Assembly (NCBI GenBank): GCA_003056085.1
Contig: LSNK01000001.1
Coordinates: forward strand, 152,729-216,728
DNA: 64,000 nt
DNA from: Parcubacteria group bacterium M6-OD1-1
Lineage (GTDB): Bacteria; Patescibacteriota; Minisyncoccia; GWC2-36-17; M10-OD1-4
Reading direction: 5' to 3'
Made by a program: the position numbers and the translations under genes. The notes below the pieces were generated by a model. It did no database searches. It had not been told where the DNA came from and saw only the letters and a list, made by a program, of their open reading frames with translations. Shown piece by piece: positions 1-8,831 of the stretch. The number at the start of each line of letters is the position of its first letter. Positions within the stretch are counted from its first letter, which is position 1.

Positions 1-9
1 GTCTAAAAA

Positions 10-348
10 GACAGTTAAATTATTGCTTTTATAATCCTGACCTTTAAGAAAAACCTTAATTTTTCACGGTTATCATATTCAATCTAAGAGTCTCCCGGTA
101 ATACTCATAACCGTGAAAGATTGTGGTAATCCTTGTCGAGCAAAGCGTTAAGCATACAACTTACCAATAATTTCAGTAACTTGCTAAACGCTTATCTCTG
201 TCTCAGCACAACGTCAAGCGCATGCGGGGACAACTTCCATTCTTTGCTTAAAAAATGGTCAGATGTCAGTTCGTAATAAAGAATACATCTTCAACATTTG
301 AAATGATAACTATTTTTATATGAATTGATTTTTAAATAACTAACTGCC
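10..348 (-). ncRNA. Candidate structured non-coding RNA (~340 nt), family unknown
   Basis: Nested inverted repeats 10-24/335-348, 37-52/243-262, 62-73/107-118 and 143-154/182-193. The outer stem mismatches become G-U wobbles only on the - strand. A sigma70-like promoter lies just upstream and there is no ORF. Confidence 0.45.
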
Positions 349-357
349 TTATTTATA

Positions 358-386
358 AGTATATACGAAAAGTATAAGTTTGGCAA
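358..386 (-). promoter_or_regulatory. Sigma70-like promoter TTGCCA-N17-TATACT
   Basis: Read directly on the - strand; it points into the structured region 10-348. Confidence 0.5.
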
Positions 387-480
387 TGAGACTTTATCCA
401 CAGAAGATTATAAACATATTAGAATAAACTTATGAATTATTTAATTCTGGTTGTTATTGGAGGATTGAGTAAAAGGTGTA

Positions 481-500
481 AAAGGTGTCAGGTACCTTTT
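481..500 (+). repeat. REP-like palindrome AAAGGTGTCAGGTACCTTTT (copy 1, preceded by a partial copy at 471-480)
   Basis: Identical 20-mer recurs at 6197, 6242, 10049 and, inverted, at 6510. Confidence 0.85.
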
Positions 501-825
501 ACTTTATTAAATAATAATACAGTTGCACTCAACTGTAACTTTATATGCTCATCCTGTGTCACTTTTTTGCTAAAATAAGGGTGTTCCCGATTTGTTTAAA
601 TTCTTTGATTTGATTACAAATCGCAATCCTCTGGAGGGCTCTAAGTGAGTCGAATATTTAATATAAAATGGCTTGAAAAAGCCTTACCCAAACCTACCCC
701 ACCACGGTTCTAGCACGAGGTGAGCTACCAATTCGAGCGTAGTATTTGCGCTCTAAGTGGGTTGAAAAAAATTCTTATTATGTTATAAAGATACCATAGC
801 TTTTCAAAAACATAGGAGACTACTA

Positions 826-1614
826 ATGAATCAACTGATTGAATTTAAAAATAAGTTTGGCAACACTCTAAGAGGAATTTTGTCAGTAGCCGATAATAAT
901 GAAATTATTTTCTGTATTCATGGTTTTGAAAGAACTTCCACAACGGAAAAAAAATTTAAAGTTGTGGCAGATGCACTTTTAAAAAGTAATACTTCTTCTT
1001 TTAGATTTGATTTTACAGGGACAGGATTATCTGATGGTAACTTTAGCCATACAACAGTTTCAAGTATGACAAATGATTTAAAGCAGGCCTTAAATACAAT
1101 AAATGTAAAAGGAAAGAAAATAAGCGTTATTACTCATAGTCTTGGGGCATGCATAATAGCAAAATTCATTCAAGATAATCCCGACTTTAAATTTAAATCT
1201 ATTGTGTTAATATCTCCTGCTTTAAACCAAAAAGAATTGTTACGTTTATGGTTTGTTGCTTCAAAAATGAAAAAAGAAAATCCAGATCTTAAAATAACTT
1301 GGGAAAACTATAAAGATTATCTTAATGAAGATGATTTTCTTTCTGACTGTGAACGACAAGATAAAATGACTAAATCAAACTATATATCAGCAGGTTATTT
1401 TCTAGAAAATAAAGATATAGACTACTCTGATACTTTATCTAACATGCCAAATATTCTGCATGTGCATGGAGATTCGGATGATAAAGTGCCCTTAGAAAGC
1501 CTGTCCGCTCAATTTCAAAGTCAAATAATAATTCAAGATGGAGATCATAATCTTGAACGACCTGATATAAGAGAACAGTGGTTAGAAAAAGTTATTAACT
1601 TTATAGTAAGTTAA
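826..1614 (+). CDS. Alpha/beta-fold hydrolase
   Basis: HGF oxyanion motif, RFDFTGTGLSDG, nucleophile THSLG, HGDSDDKVP acid and DHN histidine. Confidence 0.9.
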   Translation: MNQLIEFKNKFGNTLRGILSVADNNEIIFCIHGFERTSTTEKKFKVVADALLKSNTSSFRFDFTGTGLSDGNFSHTTVSSMTNDLKQALNTINVKGKKISVITHSLGACIIAKFIQDNPDFKFKSIVLISPALNQKELLRLWFVASKMKKENPDLKITWENYKDYLNEDDFLSDCERQDKMTKSNYISAGYFLENKDIDYSDTLSNMPNILHVHGDSDDKVPLESLSAQFQSQIIIQDGDHNLERPDIREQWLEKVINFIVS

Positions 1615-1805
1615 TCATAAGCCGTATGGTTCGTCCAACGGCTTTTTCTTTCGCCTATATACGGGGTTATTTGAAATAATAGGGTATTTTGCTAAAATTA
1701 AGAGTGCTCTATGTGGGTCGAATGTTTAATACAAAATAGCTTGAAAAAACCCGACTCGCTACGCTCCCTGAGCTGCTGTTTATTAGCCAATCACTACACC
1801 TAAAG

Positions 1806-1852
1806 GTACTGCGTTTTAAAACCAATCGCTCTGCTCTTGGATAAAACGGGAG
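1806..1852 (+). repeat. 47-bp dispersed repeat identical to 43336-43382
   Basis: GTACTGCGTTTTAAAACCAATCGCTCTGCTCTTGGATAAAACGGGAG is present at both positions. Confidence 0.85.
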
Positions 1853-2023
1853 TATTCTTGGACAAACAGGGAGCATTTACCACCCTACCTTACCAATTTT
1901 GTCCAAATTTTAATTTAACAACAAAACGTTCCCGATTTATTCAAATTTTTAATTTGATAATAAATCGCAATACCCTTGTGGCGCAGTCCTCTTGAGGGTT
2001 TGGGCTCTAAGCGGGTCACTCTT

Positions 2024-2061
2024 AACCAAAACCCACAGATTTAAATCTGTGGGTTTTGGTT
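2024..2061. terminator. Perfect hairpin, probable terminator downstream of the GH18 gene
   Basis: AACCAAAACCCACAGATT-TA-AATCTGTGGGTTTTGGTT. Confidence 0.7.
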
Positions 2062-2066
2062 TTCCT

Positions 2067-2086
2067 AAAAGGGTTCCTGACCCCTT
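2067..2086 (-). repeat. Variant REP-like palindrome (AAGGGGTCAGGAACCCTTTT on -)
   Basis: Same GTCAGG core and stem layout as the AAAGGTGTCAGGTACCTTTT family, with compensating stem changes. Confidence 0.6.
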
Positions 2087-2094
2087 ATTTTCTT

Positions 2095-3678
2095 CTATAA
2101 TCTACCATGTGTCTCGAGTATTTTCTCAACCTGTTCTTGTGTAAGCGACAGCCAAGGAGAGTTATCAGGATTGGAAGCTGCGGCAGCTGGACTTTCTCCT
2201 TGATTCCACCATTTTGCTTGAAAAGGCACACCATCAAAAAGTACACGATTGCCAGCATTGTATATTACTGTTCCAGACCAATTCTGGTATGTGCCCACTG
2301 GTAATGTTGGTGGCTGAATTGGTTTTTCGCCTGGCAAAACAGGTCCAATCAATTTCCATGATGTTTCCCATAATTGTAAGACCGGATTATCTGGCAGGTC
2401 ACCTCTTGTCCACCACTTTGCCTCATAGACATTACCGCGCCATACTATTTTTGTTCCTCTCGGATATGCTCCGGTTTCTTTCCAGACTTGATATGGACTT
2501 TTTTTAGGATTATCAACTACTTGATAGTTGATCTCAGAATCTTCTACTGTTAATAATTTAGCATTTTGCATAAGGTCTCCATCAAAACCAGCGCTTAGAC
2601 TCTTTGTAAAAGCAAATTGAGGATATGATACTCCGCTACATGCATCAGAAACAACCTTTACATTAACATAGTTTTCTCCGCACGGAATATCTCTATTAGC
2701 TGACCACATTGACATTCGACCAGCGCCTTGATTATATGCAAATAGATTAAGCATCTTAGCATCCTCCAATGTAAAGATCTCTTCCAAAAAATCATTTTGA
2801 CCAATCATTGGAGTTGCACCAATTTTTTGCCATAATGAATTACTACTCAAGCTTATTCCTGCTTGTTTATATAAAACTCCCAATTGACGATGGCTCTCAA
2901 TCAATGCTATTTTTGATGCCTCAAACATTGAATCTTCTTGGTCGCGGCTGGCACCATAATCCATAGTCATTACATTAACTCCGGATAAGTCAACTCCACT
3001 CGATAACATCTGAGTTATAACATCCGTACCTTCCTTCGTCATACCTTGCGGAGACACTGGTAACGTCAGCCAGATAGATAGATCTTCTTCGTTATCTCGA
3101 TAGTACTTTTGTAGCTGTGCAATGACATCCGCACGGCGCTTAGACGCATCAATGTCTACTAATCCCTGATTTTCAAGATCTAAATCTATCGTATTGATAT
3201 TATAATGTTCTATAACAGACTTGTAAGCATCAAATAATTCTTTTTCATCGGTACATTTAAGAGCAAGTTCAGAATTTAGCGCACCACCAAAAGAAATTGC
3301 TATTCTACCTCCCTGTTGTTGAAGTCTAGCAATTCTACGATCAAGATCGAGAGATACTGCCGCCTCACTCATTGTATAATATCCTCCCCAAGTAGGAATA
3401 CAGGGATCCATTGCATCAGAGACAATGAAAGAAAGAATAACATCAGATTTTGTATTTAATCCTAATTTTTCAAATGCGTAAGTAGGTGTGGATGTTACGT
3501 CTACGTATGCAGCAAACCATGGACCATATTCAGCCCTAGATTTATTCTCCTGCCACCCCTCAAAACTAAGAGACACACCATAAATAAGGCCAATAAAAAT
3601 AACAATAACATACACTAATCTTAGGAGAGAGAGTCGTCTTTTTGGTTCGCTATTTATTTGTGTGCCAGAATTTTTCAT
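2095..3678 (-). CDS. Membrane-anchored GH18 chitinase-like hydrolase with two C-terminal CBM5/12 chitin-binding domains
   Basis: N-terminal TM helix, SFGG, catalytic IDLDLE (DxDxE), VNVMTMDYG, and two AKWW(T/N)xG CBM motifs. Confidence 0.9.
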   Translation of the reverse strand: MKNSGTQINSEPKRRLSLLRLVYVIVIFIGLIYGVSLSFEGWQENKSRAEYGPWFAAYVDVTSTPTYAFEKLGLNTKSDVILSFIVSDAMDPCIPTWGGYYTMSEAAVSLDLDRRIARLQQQGGRIAISFGGALNSELALKCTDEKELFDAYKSVIEHYNINTIDLDLENQGLVDIDASKRRADVIAQLQKYYRDNEEDLSIWLTLPVSPQGMTKEGTDVITQMLSSGVDLSGVNVMTMDYGASRDQEDSMFEASKIALIESHRQLGVLYKQAGISLSSNSLWQKIGATPMIGQNDFLEEIFTLEDAKMLNLFAYNQGAGRMSMWSANRDIPCGENYVNVKVVSDACSGVSYPQFAFTKSLSAGFDGDLMQNAKLLTVEDSEINYQVVDNPKKSPYQVWKETGAYPRGTKIVWRGNVYEAKWWTRGDLPDNPVLQLWETSWKLIGPVLPGEKPIQPPTLPVGTYQNWSGTVIYNAGNRVLFDGVPFQAKWWNQGESPAAAASNPDNSPWLSLTQEQVEKILETHGRL

Positions 3679-3684
3679 ATTGTA

Positions 3685-5913
3685 TTAGCTATTTCTATTT
3701 ACTAATATTTTTCTCCATTTTAATTTTGGTATAATTTTGATTAATTTATGTAATAACTCTTCCTGAGGAATCTCTACATAAAGCATATCCTTAAAAGCAA
3801 GCCAAATATCAACGATTAAATTTTTAAATCCAATATATGCAACAATTGCCCATAAAGCAGCAAAAGCATTAAATCCAGCAAATGCTGCATTACCCCAATT
3901 TTCACCTTCAATGTTCCGCCACAATGTGAAAATTGAAAAGCTAACAATAAGTATTGGTGCTATTAAATACGGCCATGCCGTAGCTGTTCTATTTTTAATC
4001 TTAGGGGTTCTGGCAAATGGTATTTTTTTGGTTGTTATTGCTTGCTGTAAAGACTTAAGCGTTCCTGCAATATTTACTGGAAGCAATATCAGATTAAAAC
4101 CATAAATACGCATGATGTCACTATATTTATAACGACAGTATTTTAAATCCATAGACATGGCTAAAAAATAAGGTGCCGCAGCAAGTAGTACAAGCGGACT
4201 TAATAATCGTCCATCGTATGGATATGCTAAAAGAAATATCAAACCAATATTTGACCATGCTATTGATGACATATAATTGGCTCTAATCAAAAATTCAAGC
4301 TTCGACAATGGTCTGCCTTCGTGTTTTAGTTTATTAAATAATTTCAATAATTTTGGAAAAATTAGCAATCCCCCATTTGCCCAGCGCTGACGCTGCACAA
4401 CTAAAGATCCGAAATCAGATGGTGTTGCACTATAACTCAAACGCTCTGGATAGTTAACTAATCTCCAGTCATGAAGTGCTAAATCAATGCTTGATTCGGT
4501 GTCTTCTATAACCGTATGATCTTGCACATATCTTTTTATTTCAAACCCACCAATCCATTCTTTTTCAACAATATCCTCAAGAGCATTTTTTCGTATGACA
4601 GCATTAGCTCCAACCCAAAAAGCCGCATTGTAATAACTCATTCCCTGATGAATAATGTGTTGGATATCAGTCGTGGCACCAGACAATCTCTCAAGGCGAG
4701 ATGGAGCCCCTCTAAATGAAGAATACGGTGTTTGTACAACAGCAACATCAGCATTGTTAGGCTGTTGTAAAAAATAGACCAAACGCAAGCAATATTCTCG
4801 TAGTAATATAGAATCAGCATCTAATGTAAGTATAAAATCACTATCCCTAACGATTAGGTCAGTACTCTTTTTATCTTTAGTCGGCATTAAAATAGTCCCT
4901 TCAAGCGACTGTTCTTTTCTATATGTACCTCCCATGAGTCCGATATATGAATTGAGATTCATTGCCTTGTTTAATTCATGAGACAAAGAAATATACCTTT
5001 TTCGTTCAAATAGTTCTATCTTTACACCAAATATCCATACAAGCCTATTATATAGTTGTTCTATACGAGTCTTAGAAAATTGAGTACCTTGCTTTTGCGA
5101 GACTATCAGTTCTTCCCCTGTTTTTTGTAGGTCTTTGGCTAGTTCACGTAAAATTTGATCTGCAAAAAACACATCAACGTGATCATCAATGACCTCTTTC
5201 TCTGCTAAGCTTTCCAGCCACTGGGCTGCCCACATATACTGCTCAGATACTTTTAAAACAGCATTTCCTACAGATTTTCTATCTTTAAAATTACTCCCTT
5301 TAAACTGGGTCAGTATTTTATTAAAACGTTTATATGGTTCAGCTAAAAGAGCTTCTATCTCACTGCTTAATGCATGCGTCTCTTCGATTCTATCTCTATC
5401 TTCTGGACGAACCTTAAAAGGATCGTCATCGAGCAACAGGACTACACGAATATCCGGATATTCTTGAAGCGCTGCGGATAGTAATGTTTTTCGAATAACC
5501 TGAACTTCTTCACTATATGAGGGAACTAAAACAGTTATTGATGGTTGGTGGGTATAAAAATGTTCATCAAGTAAACGTTGAGGAGTACGAATATGCTTTT
5601 TAAAACGTTGTAAGGCGCCTTGTCGTGCAATCAAATACACTAATGCAGATAGGGTTAAAAAAGATACAATAACAGAATAGCCAAAAACTTCCACCGTAAA
5701 TTGATAATTTTGGGGACCATCAATAAGTTGGCGAATAATCACCGAAGTGATATACATCAACCAAAATAGTATTGTTAGTACAATTGCTATCCTACTAAAA
5801 GCTATTGCAAAATCCGAGGGCTTTTCATGAAGGATAGATAACACAGGCATCTCTTTTTCAGAACCCCATTGTCTTTTATAAAAATCCTGCTTGTTACGAT
5901 ATTTTTTATTCAC
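3685..5913 (-). CDS. Processive GT2 glycosyltransferase (cellulose/chitin synthase-like)
   Basis: DDD, DADS, VQTP, IEDT and QRQRW motifs, with N- and C-terminal TM helices. Confidence 0.9.
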   Translation of the reverse strand: MNKKYRNKQDFYKRQWGSEKEMPVLSILHEKPSDFAIAFSRIAIVLTILFWLMYITSVIIRQLIDGPQNYQFTVEVFGYSVIVSFLTLSALVYLIARQGALQRFKKHIRTPQRLLDEHFYTHQPSITVLVPSYSEEVQVIRKTLLSAALQEYPDIRVVLLLDDDPFKVRPEDRDRIEETHALSSEIEALLAEPYKRFNKILTQFKGSNFKDRKSVGNAVLKVSEQYMWAAQWLESLAEKEVIDDHVDVFFADQILRELAKDLQKTGEELIVSQKQGTQFSKTRIEQLYNRLVWIFGVKIELFERKRYISLSHELNKAMNLNSYIGLMGGTYRKEQSLEGTILMPTKDKKSTDLIVRDSDFILTLDADSILLREYCLRLVYFLQQPNNADVAVVQTPYSSFRGAPSRLERLSGATTDIQHIIHQGMSYYNAAFWVGANAVIRKNALEDIVEKEWIGGFEIKRYVQDHTVIEDTESSIDLALHDWRLVNYPERLSYSATPSDFGSLVVQRQRWANGGLLIFPKLLKLFNKLKHEGRPLSKLEFLIRANYMSSIAWSNIGLIFLLAYPYDGRLLSPLVLLAAAPYFLAMSMDLKYCRYKYSDIMRIYGFNLILLPVNIAGTLKSLQQAITTKKIPFARTPKIKNRTATAWPYLIAPILIVSFSIFTLWRNIEGENWGNAAFAGFNAFAALWAIVAYIGFKNLIVDIWLAFKDMLYVEIPQEELLHKLIKIIPKLKWRKILVNRNS

Positions 5914-6180
5914 AATTTTTTATATTATAGTTGTTATATTCTTTTAATTGAGAAATTTTACTCAACAATCATATATATAACATTATTGCGTTCATAAAAT
6001 AACAAAAAAATGATATTTTGTCAAGGTTTATAGCATTGCAGCGTCAAGTTTACACTTGCCTTCTCTTCTAATTTTTCAATAGGAGTCATGCCATCCATAC
6101 CCAATCCTCTATGCTTCTTTTGGTAGTTGTAGTAATGAAGAAATAAATTAAGTTTGTATTGCATTTCATCTAAAGAAGAA

Positions 6181-6261
6181 AAAGGTGTCAGAAGAAAAAG
6201 GTGTCAGGTACCTTTTATTTTATTAAATAAAATACAAGTAAAAAGGTGTCAGGTACCTTTT
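6181..6261 (+). repeat. REP-like cluster: partial copy plus two full copies (6197-6216, 6242-6261)
   Basis: Direct sequence identity with 481-500; the AT-rich tail after the repeat is also shared. Confidence 0.85.
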
Positions 6262-6264
6262 TTC

Positions 6265-6428
6265 CCTCTTTCTATGCCCCATGCATATTGGGAAAGATTT
6301 TTTCAACGACTTGATAGCTTTTATGACATCTGGACCATCTGAACTCTTCATACTTCGTAGAAAAAATGGTAAAGACACTCTACGTGGTAAGTTTGACACA
6401 AATATAAGGTGTAATGCGGTGCATTCAC
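6265..6428 (+). pseudogene. Internally deleted fragment of a nucleoside-diphosphate kinase gene
   Basis: HIGKDFFNDLIAFMTSGP and TLRGKFDTNIRCNAVHS match NDK motifs; the N-terminus and central segment are missing. Confidence 0.65.
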
Positions 6429-6529
6429 TAAATAGTGAAGAAAATTGGGTAAATAGAATAATTGATAAATTTAAGTTGGATATAACTACAAAGAAAGAGG
6501 AAGACCTAAAAAAGGTACCTGACACCTTT
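6429..6529 (+). mobile_element. 3' remnant of a RAYT/HUH-type transposase ending in an inverted REP-like copy (6510-6529)
   Basis: SEENWVNRIIDKFKLDIT, then a frameshift to RGRPKKGT* (6496-6522), whose stop lies inside the repeat. This resembles my recollection of C-termini of REP-associated tyrosine transposases. Confidence 0.55.
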
Positions 6530-6638
6530 TCTTTACCTCTGGCAATGTTTCAAGTAGAAACACTTGCGAGATGAAACAAGTAGTCGCACCTACACGAGCA
6601 AGTACTAAGATTTTATCATAAAAATACAAAAAGAAAAA

Positions 6639-6670
6639 AGCCCCCGCACCAAAAAATTGGAGCGGAGGCT
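6639..6670 (-). terminator. GC-rich hairpin downstream of the DGR-type target (terminator or DGR stem-loop)
   Basis: AGCCTCCGCTCCA...TGGTGCGGGGGCT followed by a T run on the - strand. Confidence 0.65.
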
Positions 6671-6709
6671 CAAGGTTTCAAGAGGAACAAGTCCTCAAGA
6701 GTTCAAGGT

Positions 6710-7501
6710 TCAGATTTTCCGAGCAGACGAAATGCCGAGCCCACTGCTACGGCCGCCATCCCAGCTGCCGTCGACATCGAGACCACCCCCACCGAAACCA
6801 CCGACGTAGATGTGGAACCCTTCCGCATCAACAGACGAAGTCCTGACATAGAACCCCTGAAGCAAGTAAGTACCACGAATCTTGAAGTAGGCGGTGACAG
6901 CATAGCTGACTTCGGAGGTGTTCGGAACGTGCTCAACCTCGGTGATGAGGTCTTTTTGTTCCTTCCACGTCTTACTGAACGAGTTAGGATAGCCTTCCTT
7001 ACGGATAGCGAGCCACTGTCCAGCTTTGACCATATCGGTCTTGGCGAACTTTTGGCTGTCGTTGGTGTACCACCCTTCGGTCTTCGAGTAGAAGAGTTGG
7101 TTTTCAAGCTCACGAACCTCGAGGAGGTTCATCTCCGTCTGTGGTCCTGCCAAGAGTATATACCCGTGACTATGGAACCACTGAAGGGTTTTCTCATCGG
7201 GAAGAGTTTCAGCGAGATGTTTGAGTTGGTTCTCACTGTAGCTGAAGCCGTAAGCTCCTGCCACTTCCTCGGGTGAGATGAAATCATCACCCAAAATGAG
7301 ATTGGCGAGTTCATATCCTTTCGGAGCATCATCACCACGTGCGATGGAAATCGCACGTACCATTCTTCCCTTGTTTTCAATTAACTCCTGAAGAAAATCA
7401 GGGGTTCCACCTTGTCTGCCGAACTCGGCAACGAACTCGTAGGCTTGACCGAGCGAAAAATCACTCGGCTTGCTGTGAGCTACACGATTTGCTGTTTTCA
7501 T
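6710..7501 (-). CDS. Putative diversity-generating retroelement target protein (CLec-like C-terminal variable region)
   Basis: C-terminus YVRTSSVD...YVGGFGGGGLDVDGSWDGGRSSGLGISSARK*. The variable positions use NNC/NNT codons, CTTGA repeats and a hairpin follow the stop, and GC is much higher than in the flanks. Confidence 0.75.
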   Translation of the reverse strand: MKTANRVAHSKPSDFSLGQAYEFVAEFGRQGGTPDFLQELIENKGRMVRAISIARGDDAPKGYELANLILGDDFISPEEVAGAYGFSYSENQLKHLAETLPDEKTLQWFHSHGYILLAGPQTEMNLLEVRELENQLFYSKTEGWYTNDSQKFAKTDMVKAGQWLAIRKEGYPNSFSKTWKEQKDLITEVEHVPNTSEVSYAVTAYFKIRGTYLLQGFYVRTSSVDAEGFHIYVGGFGGGGLDVDGSWDGGRSSGLGISSARKI

Positions 7502-7912
7502 CGCAGTACTCCTTTTATGCCAAGTTCGCTTTGACTATTGCGGTCTGTCTCGATATGAGATAAACATTATATATACCAGTGATTTGATATACAGAATGCT
7601 TATCTCATACAAGTTTTGAACCTTTTTATTACTGTAAAAGAACTATAAACACAGTATAACACTTTATATTATATATGTCAATAGTTCGCTATTTTCTGTT
7701 CCATATGAGCATTTATGTTGAGATTTGCTTTAATGGGCTAAAACAAGCATTTCTTCAAGGTTTTGAATTGAACTCTTGATATAATCTCTCTGTGAAACAA
7801 GTTCTGAAAGCCAAGCAGAGGGGCTACCAATTTGAGCGTAGTTATTATGCACAAGGTACGTTGTAGACAACTCACTATATAAAAAATCAATCATCTGCGG
7901 TAAGATTAAAAC

Positions 7913-8579
7913 ATGAAACCAATATATCTACAATTTAACTGCAAGGAATCTAATGAGCTGGACATGCGTCAAGCTGATGCAATTTTAAAGTATAAGCCTG
8001 ATATCATAATTCTTGAGTATCCGAACAACAACAAAACTCCTAACCTGCCTCTTAATAAATATTCCGCTTTAAAAAAGCCAAAAAACTTAGTAAAAAAACG
8101 CCTCAAAAAGTTTTCTGATAAAGTTTTAAAAATTCATCCCTGGGCTGAAGCAGACACTATAATGTGGAAGAATGTTGCGAGCCTTTGGGAAAAAGATCAT
8201 CAAGTTTTAATATATTCAGTAGATGCCCCAAACGAGCTGACAGAAGAACTGCGAGAAGTATGGAACTATACATATCCATGTATTAAAAAAAAATTGGATA
8301 TGGTGGGTAAGAATATACTTGCGTGAGAAGATTATGGCAAAAAACATTCAATGGATATTAGACAACTACAAAGAAAAGAAAGAGCCTAAAGTTTTAGTAT
8401 TTTTACAAAGCTTTCATTGGGATCATGTAAAATTTTTACTAAACAATCCATCTAAAAATAAGATATGGAACTACTATTTCGGAAATTTTTCTGAAATAGA
8501 CAAACAAAGCATCGGAAACAAAATAAAAAATATAAACAAGGTATTTTATAAATATTGGAGTAAAATATCTGATTTTTAA
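7913..8579 (+). pseudogene. Hypothetical protein split by a +1 frameshift in an A9 run (8285-8293)
   Basis: Removing one A joins 7913..8326 and 8319..8579 into one frame (CIKKNWIWWVRIYLREKIMAKNI). Confidence 0.7.
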
Positions 8580-8621
8580 TATACAGTAAACTTTTTGGAT
8601 TCAGCTTAAGGATGAATCCTC

Positions 8622-8660
8622 CACCAAACGCTCCAAATACACCATTTGGAGCGTTTGGTG
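8622..8660. terminator. Long perfect hairpin between convergent genes
   Basis: CACCAAACGCTCCAAAT-ACACC-ATTTGGAGCGTTTGGTG. Confidence 0.55.
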
Positions 8661-8673
8661 CATTATAAGAGAG

Positions 8674-8755
8674 AAAGGTGGAGAAATGTGTCAGGTACCT
8701 TTTATTTTATTAGAGTAAGAAAAGATATCATGAAAAAGGTAGCAGGTATCTTTTT
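8674..8755 (+). repeat. Degenerate REP-like cluster (partial + 8684-8703 + 8735-8755)
   Basis: AAATGTGTCAGGTACCTTTT and AAAGGTAGCAGGTATCTTTT; same layout as 6181-6261. Confidence 0.75.
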
Positions 8756-8831
8756 TCCTAAGAATTTAATAAATAGCCAGCTCATTTCGTAGTGAAAATA
8801 ATAGAGCAAAACCAAAGAAATCCTTTCCTTT

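Noticed and set aside
6703-7563. Overlapping ORFs 6703..7113, 6812..7276, 7129..7380 and 7339..7563
   Set aside because: Shadow frames of a GC-rich gene with no recognisable motifs.
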